A program made the translations under genes and the position numbers. Shown piece after piece: positions 31,015 to 41,374 of a DNA stretch of 64,000 bases. The stretch is from an uncultured Candidatus Saccharibacteria bacterium (lineage in GTDB: Bacteria > Patescibacteriota > Minisyncoccia > UBA6257 > 2-01-FULL-56-20), in the NCBI GenBank assembly GCA_964484655.1, contig CAZAFA010000001.1:164742-228741 (forward strand). The letters run 5' to 3'. Under the pieces are notes generated by a model. The model saw nothing but the letters and a program-made list of their open reading frames with translations. It had not been told where the DNA came from and did not search any database. Within the stretch, counting starts at the first letter, position 1. The number at the start of each line of letters is the position of its first letter.

Positions 31015-32343
31015 TTACGCGCAGAGGTCGCGGATGCGCGCGGCGAGGCTGTCGGCAGGCACGCGCTCCTGCTGCGCGGTGTCGCGGTCGCGCACCGTGA
31101 CGGTGCCGTCCTCGAGGGTCTGGAAGTCCACCGTGACGCAGGCGGGCGTCCCGATCTCGTCCTGCGCGAAATAGCGCTTCCCGACGTTGCCGCGGTCGTC
31201 CCAGGCGACCGGGAACTCCTTGAGCAGGCTCTCGTGGAGGGAACGCGCGTACGTGACGAGCTCAGGCTTGTTCGCGAGCAGCGGGAAGACGGCCGCCTTG
31301 TACGGCGCGATGCGGGCCGGCAGCTGGAGCCAGACGCGGCCCTCCTCCTCCCGGTACGCGTCGCAGAGCACCGCGAGCATGGTGCGATCCACGCCCCAGG
31401 TCGGCTCGATCACGTGCGGCCAGGCGTGCTCCCCGCTCTCGAGGTCCAGGTACGGGCCCTTGTCCGGGTAGTGGTTCCGGAGGTCGAAGTCGGTGCGGTA
31501 CGCGAGGCCGTACAGCTCCTTCCGGCCGAACGGGTACTCGTACTCGAGGTCGATGGTGCGCTTGCTGTAGTGCGCGAGGTCCTCCTTCGGCACCTCGAGC
31601 TCGTGGACGTTCGCCGCGTCGATGCCCAGGAGCTCCACCCACTCGTGCATCGCCGCTCGCCAGTGCTCGAAGGCGAGCTCCCAGTCGCTGTCGCTCTTCG
31701 GCGGCGCGATGAAGTACTCGATCTCCATCTGCTCGAACTCGCGCGTGCGGAAGATGAAGTTGCCCGGCGTGATCTCGTTGCGGAACGCCTTCCCGACCTG
31801 CGCGATGCCGAACGGAAGCTTCACGCGCGTGGAGTCGAGGACGTTCTTGAAGTCGACGAACATTCCCTGCGCGGTCTCGGGGCGAAGGTACGTCTCGCTC
31901 GCCGCATCCTCGGTCACGCCGAGGTACGTCTTGAGCATGAGGTTGAAGCTGCGCGCCTCGGTCCAGTCCTGCTTCCCGCACTGCGGGCAATGGGGCAGCT
32001 TCCAGCCCTCTCCTTCCGGCTCGCCGATCTGGTCCGCGCGGAAACGCGCGTTGCAGCTGCGGCACTCGACGAGCGGATCGCTGAATGTCGCACGATGCCC
32101 GCTCGCCTCCCAGACCTTCGGGTTCATGATGAGCGCGGACTCGAGGCCGACCACGTCGGGACGGCGGCGCACGAAGCGGTCCCACCAGAGGTCCCTGATG
32201 TTCTTCCGCAGCTCGACGCCGAGCGGCCCGTAGTCCCAGGAGTTGGCGAGTCCGCCGTAGATCTCGGATCCGGGGAAGACGAAGCCCCGCCGCTTGCAGA
32301 GCGCGACGAGGGTCTCCATGTCGGGAAGGCGCGAAGCGGCCAT
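31015..32343 (-). CDS. glyQS: Glycine--tRNA ligase (alpha2 type)
   Basis: SEIYGG, YLRPETAQG, FRNEITP, FRTREFEQME, EPTWGVDR, DEIGTP. Confidence 0.96.
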   Translation of the reverse strand: MAASRLPDMETLVALCKRRGFVFPGSEIYGGLANSWDYGPLGVELRKNIRDLWWDRFVRRRPDVVGLESALIMNPKVWEASGHRATFSDPLVECRSCNARFRADQIGEPEGEGWKLPHCPQCGKQDWTEARSFNLMLKTYLGVTEDAASETYLRPETAQGMFVDFKNVLDSTRVKLPFGIAQVGKAFRNEITPGNFIFRTREFEQMEIEYFIAPPKSDSDWELAFEHWRAAMHEWVELLGIDAANVHELEVPKEDLAHYSKRTIDLEYEYPFGRKELYGLAYRTDFDLRNHYPDKGPYLDLESGEHAWPHVIEPTWGVDRTMLAVLCDAYREEEGRVWLQLPARIAPYKAAVFPLLANKPELVTYARSLHESLLKEFPVAWDDRGNVGKRYFAQDEIGTPACVTVDFQTLEDGTVTVRDRDTAQQERVPADSLAARIRDLCA

Positions 32344-32367
32344 GGTCCGAGTCTAGCGCAGGCGCGG

Positions 32368-34122
32368 CTACTGGACTACGCCGCTTCCCGAGCCGGCCGT
32401 GCCGGCCTGGAGGGCGGTGGTCTGGGTCGGCGCCGTCTGCTTCACCGCGCGGCTCGAGAAGGTATCGACCGCGTTCAGCGTCGTCCCGGTGACCAGGTTC
32501 ACGATCCTCCCCTTCTGGTTCGCCGCCGGCGTGAGCTCGACCTGGAAGGCGGCGCTCACGGTGCCGTTCGCGGCGACGCTGCCCGGACGCCAGGTCACCA
32601 TGCCGGTCCCCGCGTCATAGGTGAGCGCGGACGAGGTCACGCCGCCGAGCTTGCCCGTGAAACGGATGCCGGGCGCGAGCGACGCCGTGACCACCGCGTC
32701 CTGGAGCGGAGCGTTGGCGGGACTGATCGTCCAACGAACGACGTACTGCGTCGCGACGCCGACCTGCGGCGGCTGCGGGCCCGCGTTCGCGACCTGGCCG
32801 AGCGGATCGCGCCAATGCACGGCGGCGGCGAACGAGGTAGCGGCGGCGAGGCGGCCGGTTGCTGAGTCGGTCGCGGTCACGCCGGTCGCGGACGTGCCCG
32901 GCGGGACGGTCGGCGAAGCGGCCGTGACCGTCAGCGGCGCGGTGACGGCTGCGCCGGCGGACGTCCGCGCGAGGCGCACGCCGACCTGCAGCTGGACCGC
33001 CTTGCCCGGCTCGAGCGAACGCAGTCCCGGCACGCCGACGCCGGTCCAGGTCACCACCGGCTCGCGCGCGGAGAGCGCGCCGCCCTGCGCCTGCACCGAA
33101 GAAAGGACGAAGAGCGATCCGCCGAGCGTCGCACGCACCTGGATGTCGGCGAGCGGGATCGTGGCGAGGTTCCTGACCTCGATCTGGTACGTGATCGACT
33201 CGTTGAGGTCGACCGGCGCCTCCTTCTGGCCCTTGAGGAGCACCGTCACGGCGAGCGCATCCGAGGAGACCTCGACCGTCGCGGACCGCTCCGCGAGCTG
33301 CCGCTGCCCCTGGGTGACCGTCGCGCGGATAGGCATCTCGTGGGGCGCGCCAGGCCCGGGCACGAGCGAGAGAGCCACGGTGCCCTGCTGCCGAGCGGGA
33401 ATCGACGGCAAAAGCAGGACGTTCGACGTCAGCGCGGGCGTGCTGCTCGCGACGGTCAGGCCGCGCGGCAGGGAGAGCTCGAGGCGGATGCCTGTCAGCG
33501 GCTGGTCGGTGTTGTTGCGGTAGCGCAGCGACGCGGAGAACGGCGCGATCCGCACCACCGCAGCGGGAGCCTCTATCGCCAGCGAGAGCGCGGGCTGCTG
33601 CACGATGAGCTCGCCCTGGGCGCCGGCGGAGAAGCGCCGGGAGACGTCGCGCGCGGTCGCGTAGGTCGCCTCGGCCGAGACCGGCACGGCGCTCGACGGA
33701 TCCAGCTCCGTGCTCAGCACGAGCGTGACCTCCTTCTCCTCGCCCGGGGCGAGGTCGCCGATCGCGACCACCGGCACCTCGATGCTCGACGAGGCAGTCT
33801 CGGCGTCGAGACCCGCAGCGGTCGTCTTCTCGGGCAGGCGCACCGCGAGCTCGACCGCGAGGGCCGTATCTTTCGGCGAGGCGTTGCGGACCGTGACCTT
33901 CAGGTCGCGCATCGAGCCGGGCACCAGGGGCTGCGCGTCGAGGACGACCGATACCGGAAGGGACACGGCGCGGGTCGTCCACCAGTACGCCGCGGCGCCT
34001 CCCCCGAGCACGAGCACGGCGACGAAGCCGCCTATGATCCAATGCAGGTACGAGCGCCGCTCGCCGACCACCACCGCTTGCTGGTACGGGGTCGTTCCCC
34101 AGGGGGATTCAGGAGCGTCCAT
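32368..34122 (-). CDS. Membrane-anchored surface protein with repeated Ig/DUF11-like beta domains
   Basis: N-terminal TM followed by repeated (Y/V).I.(V/Y)RN...L....V...LP-type strands. Confidence 0.7.
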   Translation of the reverse strand: MDAPESPWGTTPYQQAVVVGERRSYLHWIIGGFVAVLVLGGGAAAYWWTTRAVSLPVSVVLDAQPLVPGSMRDLKVTVRNASPKDTALAVELAVRLPEKTTAAGLDAETASSSIEVPVVAIGDLAPGEEKEVTLVLSTELDPSSAVPVSAEATYATARDVSRRFSAGAQGELIVQQPALSLAIEAPAAVVRIAPFSASLRYRNNTDQPLTGIRLELSLPRGLTVASSTPALTSNVLLLPSIPARQQGTVALSLVPGPGAPHEMPIRATVTQGQRQLAERSATVEVSSDALAVTVLLKGQKEAPVDLNESITYQIEVRNLATIPLADIQVRATLGGSLFVLSSVQAQGGALSAREPVVTWTGVGVPGLRSLEPGKAVQLQVGVRLARTSAGAAVTAPLTVTAASPTVPPGTSATGVTATDSATGRLAAATSFAAAVHWRDPLGQVANAGPQPPQVGVATQYVVRWTISPANAPLQDAVVTASLAPGIRFTGKLGGVTSSALTYDAGTGMVTWRPGSVAANGTVSAAFQVELTPAANQKGRIVNLVTGTTLNAVDTFSSRAVKQTAPTQTTALQAGTAGSGSGVVQ

Positions 34123-34615
34123 GGCGCAATGGTACCACCTCGCCCGGCGGCGGCGCATGCGGCGCGTGCTCCGCGCAGAGGAATTCCTGGTTCCTGACGA
34201 TGAAGGCGGCTGCGGCACGCCCGCATGCCGTGCAGGAGGCGTGCCGCGGGTCCCAGCCGAGCGCGACGAGCGCCGCGCTCCAGTCCATGCGGCTCGCGGT
34301 AGCGATCCTCCAGACCTCGGGCTCGGAGACATGCTCGGGAAGCAGCCGGTCCAGGAGCAGGCACTCCCCGAGATCGCGGACGGACTCCTTGATGGTGAGC
34401 GCGTCGCCGACGCGGATGTCGCGCTGCTCGATCAGGCGCACGGATACCACGCTTCCTTCAAGGAGATGCGGGCCGAGGCGCGAGGTGATCTTCCGTCCCG
34501 ACACGACGGTGGCGTGGAGCCTCCCGAGCTCCTCGGCGAAGAGCGAGACGCGCAGGTCGGCCTCCCCCTGCGGGTAGCGCGCGAGCACGAGCGCGCGGGT
34601 CACCGGTTCGTGCAT
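34109..34615 (-). CDS. recO: DNA repair protein RecO (short form)
   Basis: ALVL.R...GEAD..V.LF..ELG, SGRKITSRL, C-terminal CTACG...C.EH. Confidence 0.8.
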   Translation of the reverse strand: MHEPVTRALVLARYPQGEADLRVSLFAEELGRLHATVVSGRKITSRLGPHLLEGSVVSVRLIEQRDIRVGDALTIKESVRDLGECLLLDRLLPEHVSEPEVWRIATASRMDWSAALVALGWDPRHASCTACGRAAAAFIVRNQEFLCAEHAPHAPPPGEVVPLRHGRS

Positions 34616-34662
34616 GGATCCAGTGTACGGCATCGCAAAAGGGACACCGCTAGGTGCCCCTT

Positions 34663-35322
34663 TCATTCCTGTCTCGCCTCCTGTCTTTTCTCGAGGATGC
34701 CGAGCATCTGTTCCGTGATCGCGTCACGCTCCTGGGTGCCGTCTATGACGTGATACTGCCAGCCCAGGATCGATGGCGCCTGGAGATACCGGCTGCGCCG
34801 CTGGACGTACTCGTCGAGTCCCGCGCGATCGAAGTGATTCGTCGTCCGCGCGATGTCGTCCGATACGCCATGGACACGCCGGAGCGCGACCTCGGGCGGC
34901 ACGTCTATGACGAACAGCTCGCGCGGGATCCATCGCAGCATCTCAATCACGACCCGGCTCACCTCGAGGATCCGCTCGGCGGTCAGCCCGTACTGCGTCT
35001 GATAGACCAGCGTCGAGACGATCGAGCGATCGGCTATGACGCTTCTCCCTGCGTTCACGGCCGGCTCGACGACGGTCCTCATCAGGTACTCGCGCTGGAG
35101 CGTGAACATCAGCAGCATCTCCTCGCTGTTGAGCCGCACGTCGTCAGCGAGCAGGATCTGCCGAAGATGCATGCCCATCGGCGTGCCTCCGGGTTCGGCG
35201 ACCTTGACGTAGCCTGATTCTTCACCGCCGAGCCTCTCGAAGAGGCGCTCGACCTGGGTCGTCTTTCCGACCCCGTCCATTCCCTCGACGATGATCAGGC
35301 GACCTAGCTTATGTATGGCCAT
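34663..35322 (-). CDS. tmk: Thymidylate kinase
   Basis: IIVEGMDGVGKTTQ, EPGGT, DRS..STLVYQ; SD GGAGG. Confidence 0.92.
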   Translation of the reverse strand: MAIHKLGRLIIVEGMDGVGKTTQVERLFERLGGEESGYVKVAEPGGTPMGMHLRQILLADDVRLNSEEMLLMFTLQREYLMRTVVEPAVNAGRSVIADRSIVSTLVYQTQYGLTAERILEVSRVVIEMLRWIPRELFVIDVPPEVALRRVHGVSDDIARTTNHFDRAGLDEYVQRRSRYLQAPSILGWQYHVIDGTQERDAITEQMLGILEKRQEARQE

Positions 35323-35370
35323 TGAGCCACCTCCTATTCGATTTTGCTTTGCCGAGGCCACCATAGAGCA

Positions 35371-35400
35371 ATGCCCCGGACTCGTGAAGAGCCGGGGCAT
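35371..35400 (-). terminator. Hairpin between thyX and tmk
   Basis: ATGCCCCGG(A)CTC-GTGAA-GAGCCGGGGCAT. Confidence 0.55.
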
Positions 35401-35408
35401 CGTTTCGT

Positions 35409-37094
35409 TTACGCAGCCTGCGCGAGGGCCACGCCGACCGCCTCGCGGGCGAACCGGTACGCTGGGGTACGGTCCGTCCGTGAGATTTTCTTCCACCACG
35501 GGAGCCGGCGGAGGATGTCGTCGTCGAACGACAGGACGACCTGGCGCGCCTCGTGGTTGACGTTGAACCCCGAACGCTGCCAGCAGAGGAACTCCATCTG
35601 CCGCAGGTTCGACAGGTGCGTCGTGCCCACGTTGAAGCCGAGCGGCACCACGTACTGCAGCGTCTCTGGTTCCACTTTTTGACCGAGGTAGCGGTCGTAC
35701 ACGCGGAGCGTGTCATGCGCAATCAGCCCGAAGTCCTGCGCCAGGCTCTCCGGCATCGGCTTGTCGTACTGGTAGAACCCCAGGTACGGCGTGAGCAGGG
35801 TGCGCTCGTTGCTCGAGCAGACGTGCCGCTGGATCTCACGCCAGGTCCTGAAGGACATCAGGCGCGCGAACCGCACGACGGCGTTCTCGAACAGCGGCGG
35901 GAGCCGATCGTGGTCCCCGCGCGGCTCGAAGAGTCCCGCCTTCTCGAGCATCAGCTCGACGTCGCCTCCGCCGAAGCCGAGGAATCCCAGCCCGTCCGCG
36001 ATGGCGCGCTCGGCGTCCTCGTGCGTCCACGGCGTGAGCAGGCTTCCCGGCTTACCCACCAGCCCCTTGAACGCGCCCCAGTCGAGGTAGCGCGCTTGAG
36101 CCTGTTCCCACGGAGTCGGCTCGAGGTGCTGCGCGAACTGCCCGAGACCGGACTGAGCGAGCTCGTCGAGCAGCAGCTCGGCGAGCGCCGTCGTCTCGGA
36201 AAGCCCTTCCAGCAGCAGGCACTTGATCAGCGACCTGAGCGCCTCGCCGGATACCGCGCAGCCGACCGACGTATAGGTCGCGGCCGGCAGGGCGTTCGCC
36301 AGGACGTCGCACACTTCCCCGAAGATGGGTCCGCGTGGAACGTCCGGGTAGAGCCCCTGGAGGTAGTCCGTGAAGGATTCCGCCTGTCCGGTATAGACAT
36401 CGGCGCATCCGCGCAGCAGCGCCTCGAGGTCGCCCTCGACGGCGAAGCCGGCCGCGGTCAGCTCGTCGCCGACCGGGTACCAGGCTGCCGTACGCATGTC
36501 CACGTAGCGCGTGGAAAGCTCGATGTAGCCGGCACCGACGCGCGCGTGCTCGAGCGCCTTGGCGGCGAGGGTCGAGACCTGCTCGAAGCAGGCGATGACC
36601 GTCCCCATCCGGGCAATCGAGTTGTGCCCGTACTTGTCGAGATAGGTCTCGAGCAGGCGGCGGGTCCTCGCGCCGTTGGCGAACCGCTTCAGGTACTCGG
36701 GATCGCTGCACAGGTTCTGGCGGAAGTTCAGCCAGATGCCCCAGGAATCCGGGTCGAAACCGATGAAGTCATCGAGCGACGCGAATCCCTTCGCCTTGAT
36801 GAACGCCTCCGTGTCGCCGGCGAACTCCTGCCCGACGGCAGGGTGCTCGCTCGCGAGGAAGCTCAGGGCGATGACGTCCGCGAAGACGCCGCGCAATCCT
36901 CGTGCGTTCTTGATGCGGGAGTACATCGCGAGCATCGATGCCGCGACGTTGCTCGGCAGGTTCTCCACGAGGAAGACGTGCCGGTCCAGGTTGCTGAAGA
37001 AGGGGCGCAGGGCCGTCTTCTCGTTCTCGGTAAAGCCGTACGGGACCGTACGGCGGACGTGCTCGCGCGCGAACGCGAGCTGCGCTTCTGTCAT
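35409..37094 (-). CDS. thyX: FAD-dependent thymidylate synthase, long two-domain form
   Basis: YGHNSI, ELSTRY, second-domain REIQRH and Y.VPLG; adjacent to tmk. Confidence 0.82.
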   Translation of the reverse strand: MTEAQLAFAREHVRRTVPYGFTENEKTALRPFFSNLDRHVFLVENLPSNVAASMLAMYSRIKNARGLRGVFADVIALSFLASEHPAVGQEFAGDTEAFIKAKGFASLDDFIGFDPDSWGIWLNFRQNLCSDPEYLKRFANGARTRRLLETYLDKYGHNSIARMGTVIACFEQVSTLAAKALEHARVGAGYIELSTRYVDMRTAAWYPVGDELTAAGFAVEGDLEALLRGCADVYTGQAESFTDYLQGLYPDVPRGPIFGEVCDVLANALPAATYTSVGCAVSGEALRSLIKCLLLEGLSETTALAELLLDELAQSGLGQFAQHLEPTPWEQAQARYLDWGAFKGLVGKPGSLLTPWTHEDAERAIADGLGFLGFGGGDVELMLEKAGLFEPRGDHDRLPPLFENAVVRFARLMSFRTWREIQRHVCSSNERTLLTPYLGFYQYDKPMPESLAQDFGLIAHDTLRVYDRYLGQKVEPETLQYVVPLGFNVGTTHLSNLRQMEFLCWQRSGFNVNHEARQVVLSFDDDILRRLPWWKKISRTDRTPAYRFAREAVGVALAQAA

Positions 37095-37150
37095 AACGTT
37101 GTATCTCCTTTCTGACGTATTCGATTTTCTAGGATCGTGACCTCCTTATA

Positions 37151-37612
37151 TCAGGAATCGCCGGGGTGTCCATGTCCCGGGACGCGCCTGAAGACGAGCT
37201 TGTGATAGCCCAGGAAATTCAGCATGAGCGACACGCCGGTGGCGACGAGCTTCGCCAGGTTGGCCCAGAGCGTGGCGTTGAGGGCGAACGGCGACCACCA
37301 GACGAGGATGCTGCTGATCCCGACGTTCACCAGGAAGCTCACGACCGTGACGAGGTAGAACTGCGGGAGCTCGCGGCGCGGGTCGCGGCGCTTCTCGCGG
37401 AAGGTCCAGTTCCGGTTCCAGAGGAAGCTGTTGAGCGTCGCTGCGGCGAACGAGACCGTCGCGAGCACGGGGAAGATGCGCGCGTGCGAGTCCCCTTGCG
37501 CGAACAGGTACAGAAGCAGGTTGAGGACGGCGAGGTCGACGAGCGTGTTGAGGACGCCCACGACGCCGAAGCGGATCAGCCGCGGCGCGTGCTTCTTCAG
37601 GAGGCGCACCAT
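37151..37612 (-). CDS. GtrA family membrane protein
   Basis: RFGVVGVLNTLVD, NSF.WNR.WTF, NF.GY..LVF. Confidence 0.88.
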   Translation of the reverse strand: MVRLLKKHAPRLIRFGVVGVLNTLVDLAVLNLLLYLFAQGDSHARIFPVLATVSFAAATLNSFLWNRNWTFREKRRDPRRELPQFYLVTVVSFLVNVGISSILVWWSPFALNATLWANLAKLVATGVSLMLNFLGYHKLVFRRVPGHGHPGDS

Positions 37613-37613
37613 C

Positions 37614-39494
37614 CTACGCGAGGACGCCGCGGATGCGCCGGATGCCGGCCGCCACCGCCTCCTGCTTGCTGATGCGGATGCCGCCGATCTCGCCGGTGCG
37701 CTTCACGTGCGGGCCGCCGCAGAACTCCTTGCTGAAGGCGCCGTCCCAGTCGTAGCCGATGCGCCAGACGCGCACGACGTCGCCGTACTTGGCGTTCATC
37801 ACCGTCAGGGCGCCGGTCTTGTCCGCCTCCTCGCGCGGCATCTCGAACATCTCCATCGGCAGGTCCTCCCTGATCTTCTCGTTGACCAGGTCCTCGACGC
37901 GCTTGAGCTCCTCGTCGGTGAGCTTGCGGTCGAAGGTGAAGTCGAAGCGCGTCCGCTCCGCGGTGATGTCGCTTCCCGCCTGGCGAACCTCGGGGCCGAG
38001 GACTTCGCGGAGCGCGGACTGGATCATGTGCGTCGCCGTGTGCAGCCGGCTCACCTTCTCGTACTCCTCGGGCGAGCTCGTGCGGATGTCCCCGTTCTCG
38101 TCGTACATGCCGTGGCCGCCGAACTTCTTCTCGGCGCCCGCGCGGGATTTCTCGCGATGCTCGTCCATCTGCTTCTGGAACTCCGCGATACGCGCCTCGC
38201 GCTCCTCGCCGGCCACGTTGAGGATCTCCAGCGAGAGCTCCACCGGGTAGCCGTACGTCGTGTACATAGTGAAGAGATCCACGCCTTCTCCGAGCTTCTG
38301 CGCGCCCTCGCTGAGGGTCTTCCGGAACTTGCGCTCCTCGGCGACGAAGACCTCGCTGATCTCGCTCGCCTTCTCGGTCAGCACGGGATAGGTATCCGCG
38401 TAGATCTCCGGCAGGACCTGGAAGATGCTCAGGAGCGAATCCCCCTGGAGGCCGAGCTTGTCCGCGCGCACGATGGCGCGGCGCAGCAGCCGCCGCAGGA
38501 CGTAGCCCCGCGCAGAGTTGCTCGGCACGACGCCGTCCGCTATGAGGAACGCCGAGGCCTTCAGGTGATCGGCGAGGACGCGGTAGCTGTACTCGTTGCC
38601 TTCGTACGCCGACCCGGAGCGCTCCGCGATGCGATCGAGGAGCGGCTTGAAGAGCGCGGTCTGGAAGACGTCCGGGTCACCGACCGCAGCAGCGGCGATG
38701 CGCTCGAGCCCGCCACCGAAGTCCACGTTCTGCTTGGCGAGCTTGTCGAAGCCGTTCTCCGTCTTCTTATATTCCATGAAGACGGAATTCCCGATCTCGA
38801 GGAAGCGGCCGCAGTCGCAGTTCGGGTGGCAGTGCGCGCCGAAGGCAGGGTCATGAGGGATCCCGGAGAACTCGAAGAAGACCTCGGAATCAGGGCCGCC
38901 AGGTTCGCCGACCGGCATCTTCGCGGGACTGCCCTGCCGGCACCACCAGTTCTTGTCCCGGTAGTAGAAGATGCGCTCTCCTTCCTTCATGCCGCGCGTT
39001 GCGGCCTCCTCCTCGGTGACCATCTCGCCGATGCCGTTGCTGACGCCCTTCTTCGCGAAAAGCCCCTGCCAGATGCCGGCTGCCTCCTCGTCGCGCGGGA
39101 GGTCGTTGTCCGGATCGCCGGCGTACACCGTCACGTAGAGGCGCTCCGGGTCGAGCTTGACGACCTCGGTGAGGAACTCGAAGAACCACGGGAGCTGCTC
39201 CTTCTTGAAGTAGTCTCCCAGGGACCAGTTCCCGAGCATCTCGAAGAACGTGGTGTGCCGGTTGTCCCCGACCTCCTCGATGTCCTGGACGCGCAGGCAT
39301 TTCTGCGAATCCGCGAGGCGCGCGCCGTCCGGATGCTCCTGGCCGAGCAGGTACGGCACGAGCGGTTGCATGCCGGAGCCGGTGAAGAGCGTCGTCGGGT
39401 CGTTCTCCGGAGTGAGCGAAGAGCTCGGGATGACCGTGTGCCCGCGCTCCTCGAAGAACTTCAGGTAGGCGGAGCGGATGTCGTTCGCGTTCAT
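37614..39494 (-). CDS. alaS: Alanine--tRNA ligase (short; editing domain kept, C-Ala absent)
   Basis: LFTGSGMQ, HTTFFEMLGN, DFGGGLER, HTATH, EFCGGPH, GIRRI at the very C-terminus. Confidence 0.95.
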   Translation of the reverse strand: MNANDIRSAYLKFFEERGHTVIPSSSLTPENDPTTLFTGSGMQPLVPYLLGQEHPDGARLADSQKCLRVQDIEEVGDNRHTTFFEMLGNWSLGDYFKKEQLPWFFEFLTEVVKLDPERLYVTVYAGDPDNDLPRDEEAAGIWQGLFAKKGVSNGIGEMVTEEEAATRGMKEGERIFYYRDKNWWCRQGSPAKMPVGEPGGPDSEVFFEFSGIPHDPAFGAHCHPNCDCGRFLEIGNSVFMEYKKTENGFDKLAKQNVDFGGGLERIAAAAVGDPDVFQTALFKPLLDRIAERSGSAYEGNEYSYRVLADHLKASAFLIADGVVPSNSARGYVLRRLLRRAIVRADKLGLQGDSLLSIFQVLPEIYADTYPVLTEKASEISEVFVAEERKFRKTLSEGAQKLGEGVDLFTMYTTYGYPVELSLEILNVAGEEREARIAEFQKQMDEHREKSRAGAEKKFGGHGMYDENGDIRTSSPEEYEKVSRLHTATHMIQSALREVLGPEVRQAGSDITAERTRFDFTFDRKLTDEELKRVEDLVNEKIREDLPMEMFEMPREEADKTGALTVMNAKYGDVVRVWRIGYDWDGAFSKEFCGGPHVKRTGEIGGIRISKQEAVAAGIRRIRGVLA

Positions 39495-39542
39495 GGGAAT
39501 CGGTACGCCTACTCTAGCGGATGCGCCCTCTGGCGCGAAGCC

Positions 39543-39860
39543 CTATCGGGTCAGTAGCAGCCCGACGAACGCAGCCAGCGTGATGCCGAAGAAGATGAGG
39601 AGCGTCCACTGGAACAGCGAGACCGCGTCCTTCTTGCGCCCGTCCAGGTACCAGAGCACCGGCTTGCCGAGCATCAGGTAGGCGGTCAGCGCCGCGGAGA
39701 ACACGAACAGCGAGATCATCGCGATCGGCGTCAGCCACGTGTCCGGCGTATTCTCGCCGAATACCTTGCCAGCGTTCTGCAGGAACGTGCCGACGCCGGC
39801 GATGTAGAGCGCCGTCCCTGACGCGTTGAGCGCCGCCTGCCTGACGATGCCGCCCTTCAT
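39543..39860 (-). CDS. Conserved-looking three-TM membrane protein ([11 protein letters not shown]...)
   Basis: Start overlaps the rpoD stop; three hydrophobic helices. Confidence 0.65.
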   Translation of the reverse strand: MKGGIVRQAALNASGTALYIAGVGTFLQNAGKVFGENTPDTWLTPIAMISLFVFSAALTAYLMLGKPVLWYLDGRKKDAVSLFQWTLLIFFGITLAAFVGLLLTR

Positions 39861-41335
39861 CAGATGACGTTCTCGAAGCCCTCGAGGCCGGCGGCCTTGT
39901 CGTGCTCGCGGATCTTCTCGAGCGCCTTCGCCTCGATCTGACGGATACGCTCGCGCGTGACGCCGAACACCTTCCCCACCTCCTCGAGCGTGTGATAGAC
40001 GCCGTCCTCGAGGCCGAAGCGCATGTTGATGATCTTCTGCTCGCGCTCGGTCAGGGTGCCGAGGATGTCGCGGATGAGGTCGCGGAGGTACGCCCGCGCG
40101 GCGAGCTGGTTCGGGGCCGGGTTGCGCTCGTCCGGGATGAAGTCCGCGAGGACCGAGTCCTCCTCGTCGCCGACCGGCGTCTCGATGGAGAGCACGTCCT
40201 GGCTGATCTTCTGGATGTGGCGCACCTTGTCCACGTCGACGCCCATCTCCGCGGCGATCTCCTCCGCGAGCGGCTCGCGTCCGAGATCCTGCATGAGCGA
40301 GCGGCGGACCTGCGTGTACTTCGAGATGACCTCGACCATGTGCACCGGGATGCGGACGGTGCGGGACTGGTCCGCTAGCGCGCGGTTGATCGCCTGACGG
40401 ATCCACCAGGTCGCGTACGTGGAGAACTTGAAGCCCTTCCGGTAGTCGAACTTGTCGACGGCGCGGCTCAGGCCGATGTTCCCTTCCTGGATGAGGTCGA
40501 GGATGGACAGGTGCGGCGTGCGGTTCACGTAGCGCTTGGCGATCGAGACCACGAGGCGGAGGTTCGCCTTGATCAGGAGCTGGCGCGCCTCCTCGTCGCC
40601 GGCCTCGGCGCGCTTGGCGTAGTCCTGCTCCTGCTGCTTGGTAAGCAGCGCCGTGCGGCCGATCTCCTTGAGGTACGCCTGCACCGCGTCCGGAACCTCG
40701 GTGCCGAGATCGAGCGCGTTGGCGAGCTCCGCCTCGGAGACGAGCTCCTTGTCGTCGATGAGGTTGCCCGACTCCACGACCTTCAGGCCCGCGTTCGCGA
40801 GCGCGTCATAGACCGTATCCAGGATGTCGATGTCCTCCTCGATGGACGGGAAGTACGAGAGTATCTCCGAGTCCGTGACGAAGCCGCGCGGCTTGCCGCG
40901 CTCGATGAGCTCACGGAGCGCTCCGGCCTGCTCCTCGCTGAGGTGCTCGAGGCTGACCTCGGCGCCCTCCTGGCGCGCGCCCTTCCCCTTCTCCGCACCC
41001 TCGGGCAGCTTCGGCGCGTTGAGCGGACGGCCGCCGACGCGTACCGGCGGCAGCTTCTTCGCCGGCGCCTTCTTGACGGTCTTCTTTGGCGCGGCCTTCT
41101 TGGCGGCCTTCTTGACGGTCTTCTTCGGCGCAGCCTTCTTCTTGGCGGGAGCCTTCTTTGCCGTCTTCTTCGAAGCTTTCTTCACGCTCTTTTTGACGGC
41201 CTTCTTCGGCGCCGCTTTCTTGGCGGCCTTCTTGATTACTTTCTTGATCGATTTCTTCGCCGCTGCCTTCTTCGGGGCAGCCTTGCGAGAAGAAGATTTA
41301 ACCGTCTTCTTAACGGCCTTCTTGGCGGCAGGCAT
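39860..41335 (-). CDS. rpoD: Primary sigma factor RpoD with Lys/Ala-rich N-terminal extension
   Basis: [50 protein letters not shown]. Confidence 0.96.
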   Translation of the reverse strand: MPAAKKAVKKTVKSSSRKAAPKKAAAKKSIKKVIKKAAKKAAPKKAVKKSVKKASKKTAKKAPAKKKAAPKKTVKKAAKKAAPKKTVKKAPAKKLPPVRVGGRPLNAPKLPEGAEKGKGARQEGAEVSLEHLSEEQAGALRELIERGKPRGFVTDSEILSYFPSIEEDIDILDTVYDALANAGLKVVESGNLIDDKELVSEAELANALDLGTEVPDAVQAYLKEIGRTALLTKQQEQDYAKRAEAGDEEARQLLIKANLRLVVSIAKRYVNRTPHLSILDLIQEGNIGLSRAVDKFDYRKGFKFSTYATWWIRQAINRALADQSRTVRIPVHMVEVISKYTQVRRSLMQDLGREPLAEEIAAEMGVDVDKVRHIQKISQDVLSIETPVGDEEDSVLADFIPDERNPAPNQLAARAYLRDLIRDILGTLTEREQKIINMRFGLEDGVYHTLEEVGKVFGVTRERIRQIEAKALEKIREHDKAAGLEGFENVI

Positions 41336-41374
41336 GCGGAAATCCTACACCGCAGGCCCTACAACGGCAATATC

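Noticed and set aside
41045-41335. CRISPR or tandem DNA repeat
   Set aside because: The repetition is the coding Lys/Ala repeat of RpoD. No repeat-spacer array or cas gene was seen anywhere in the window.
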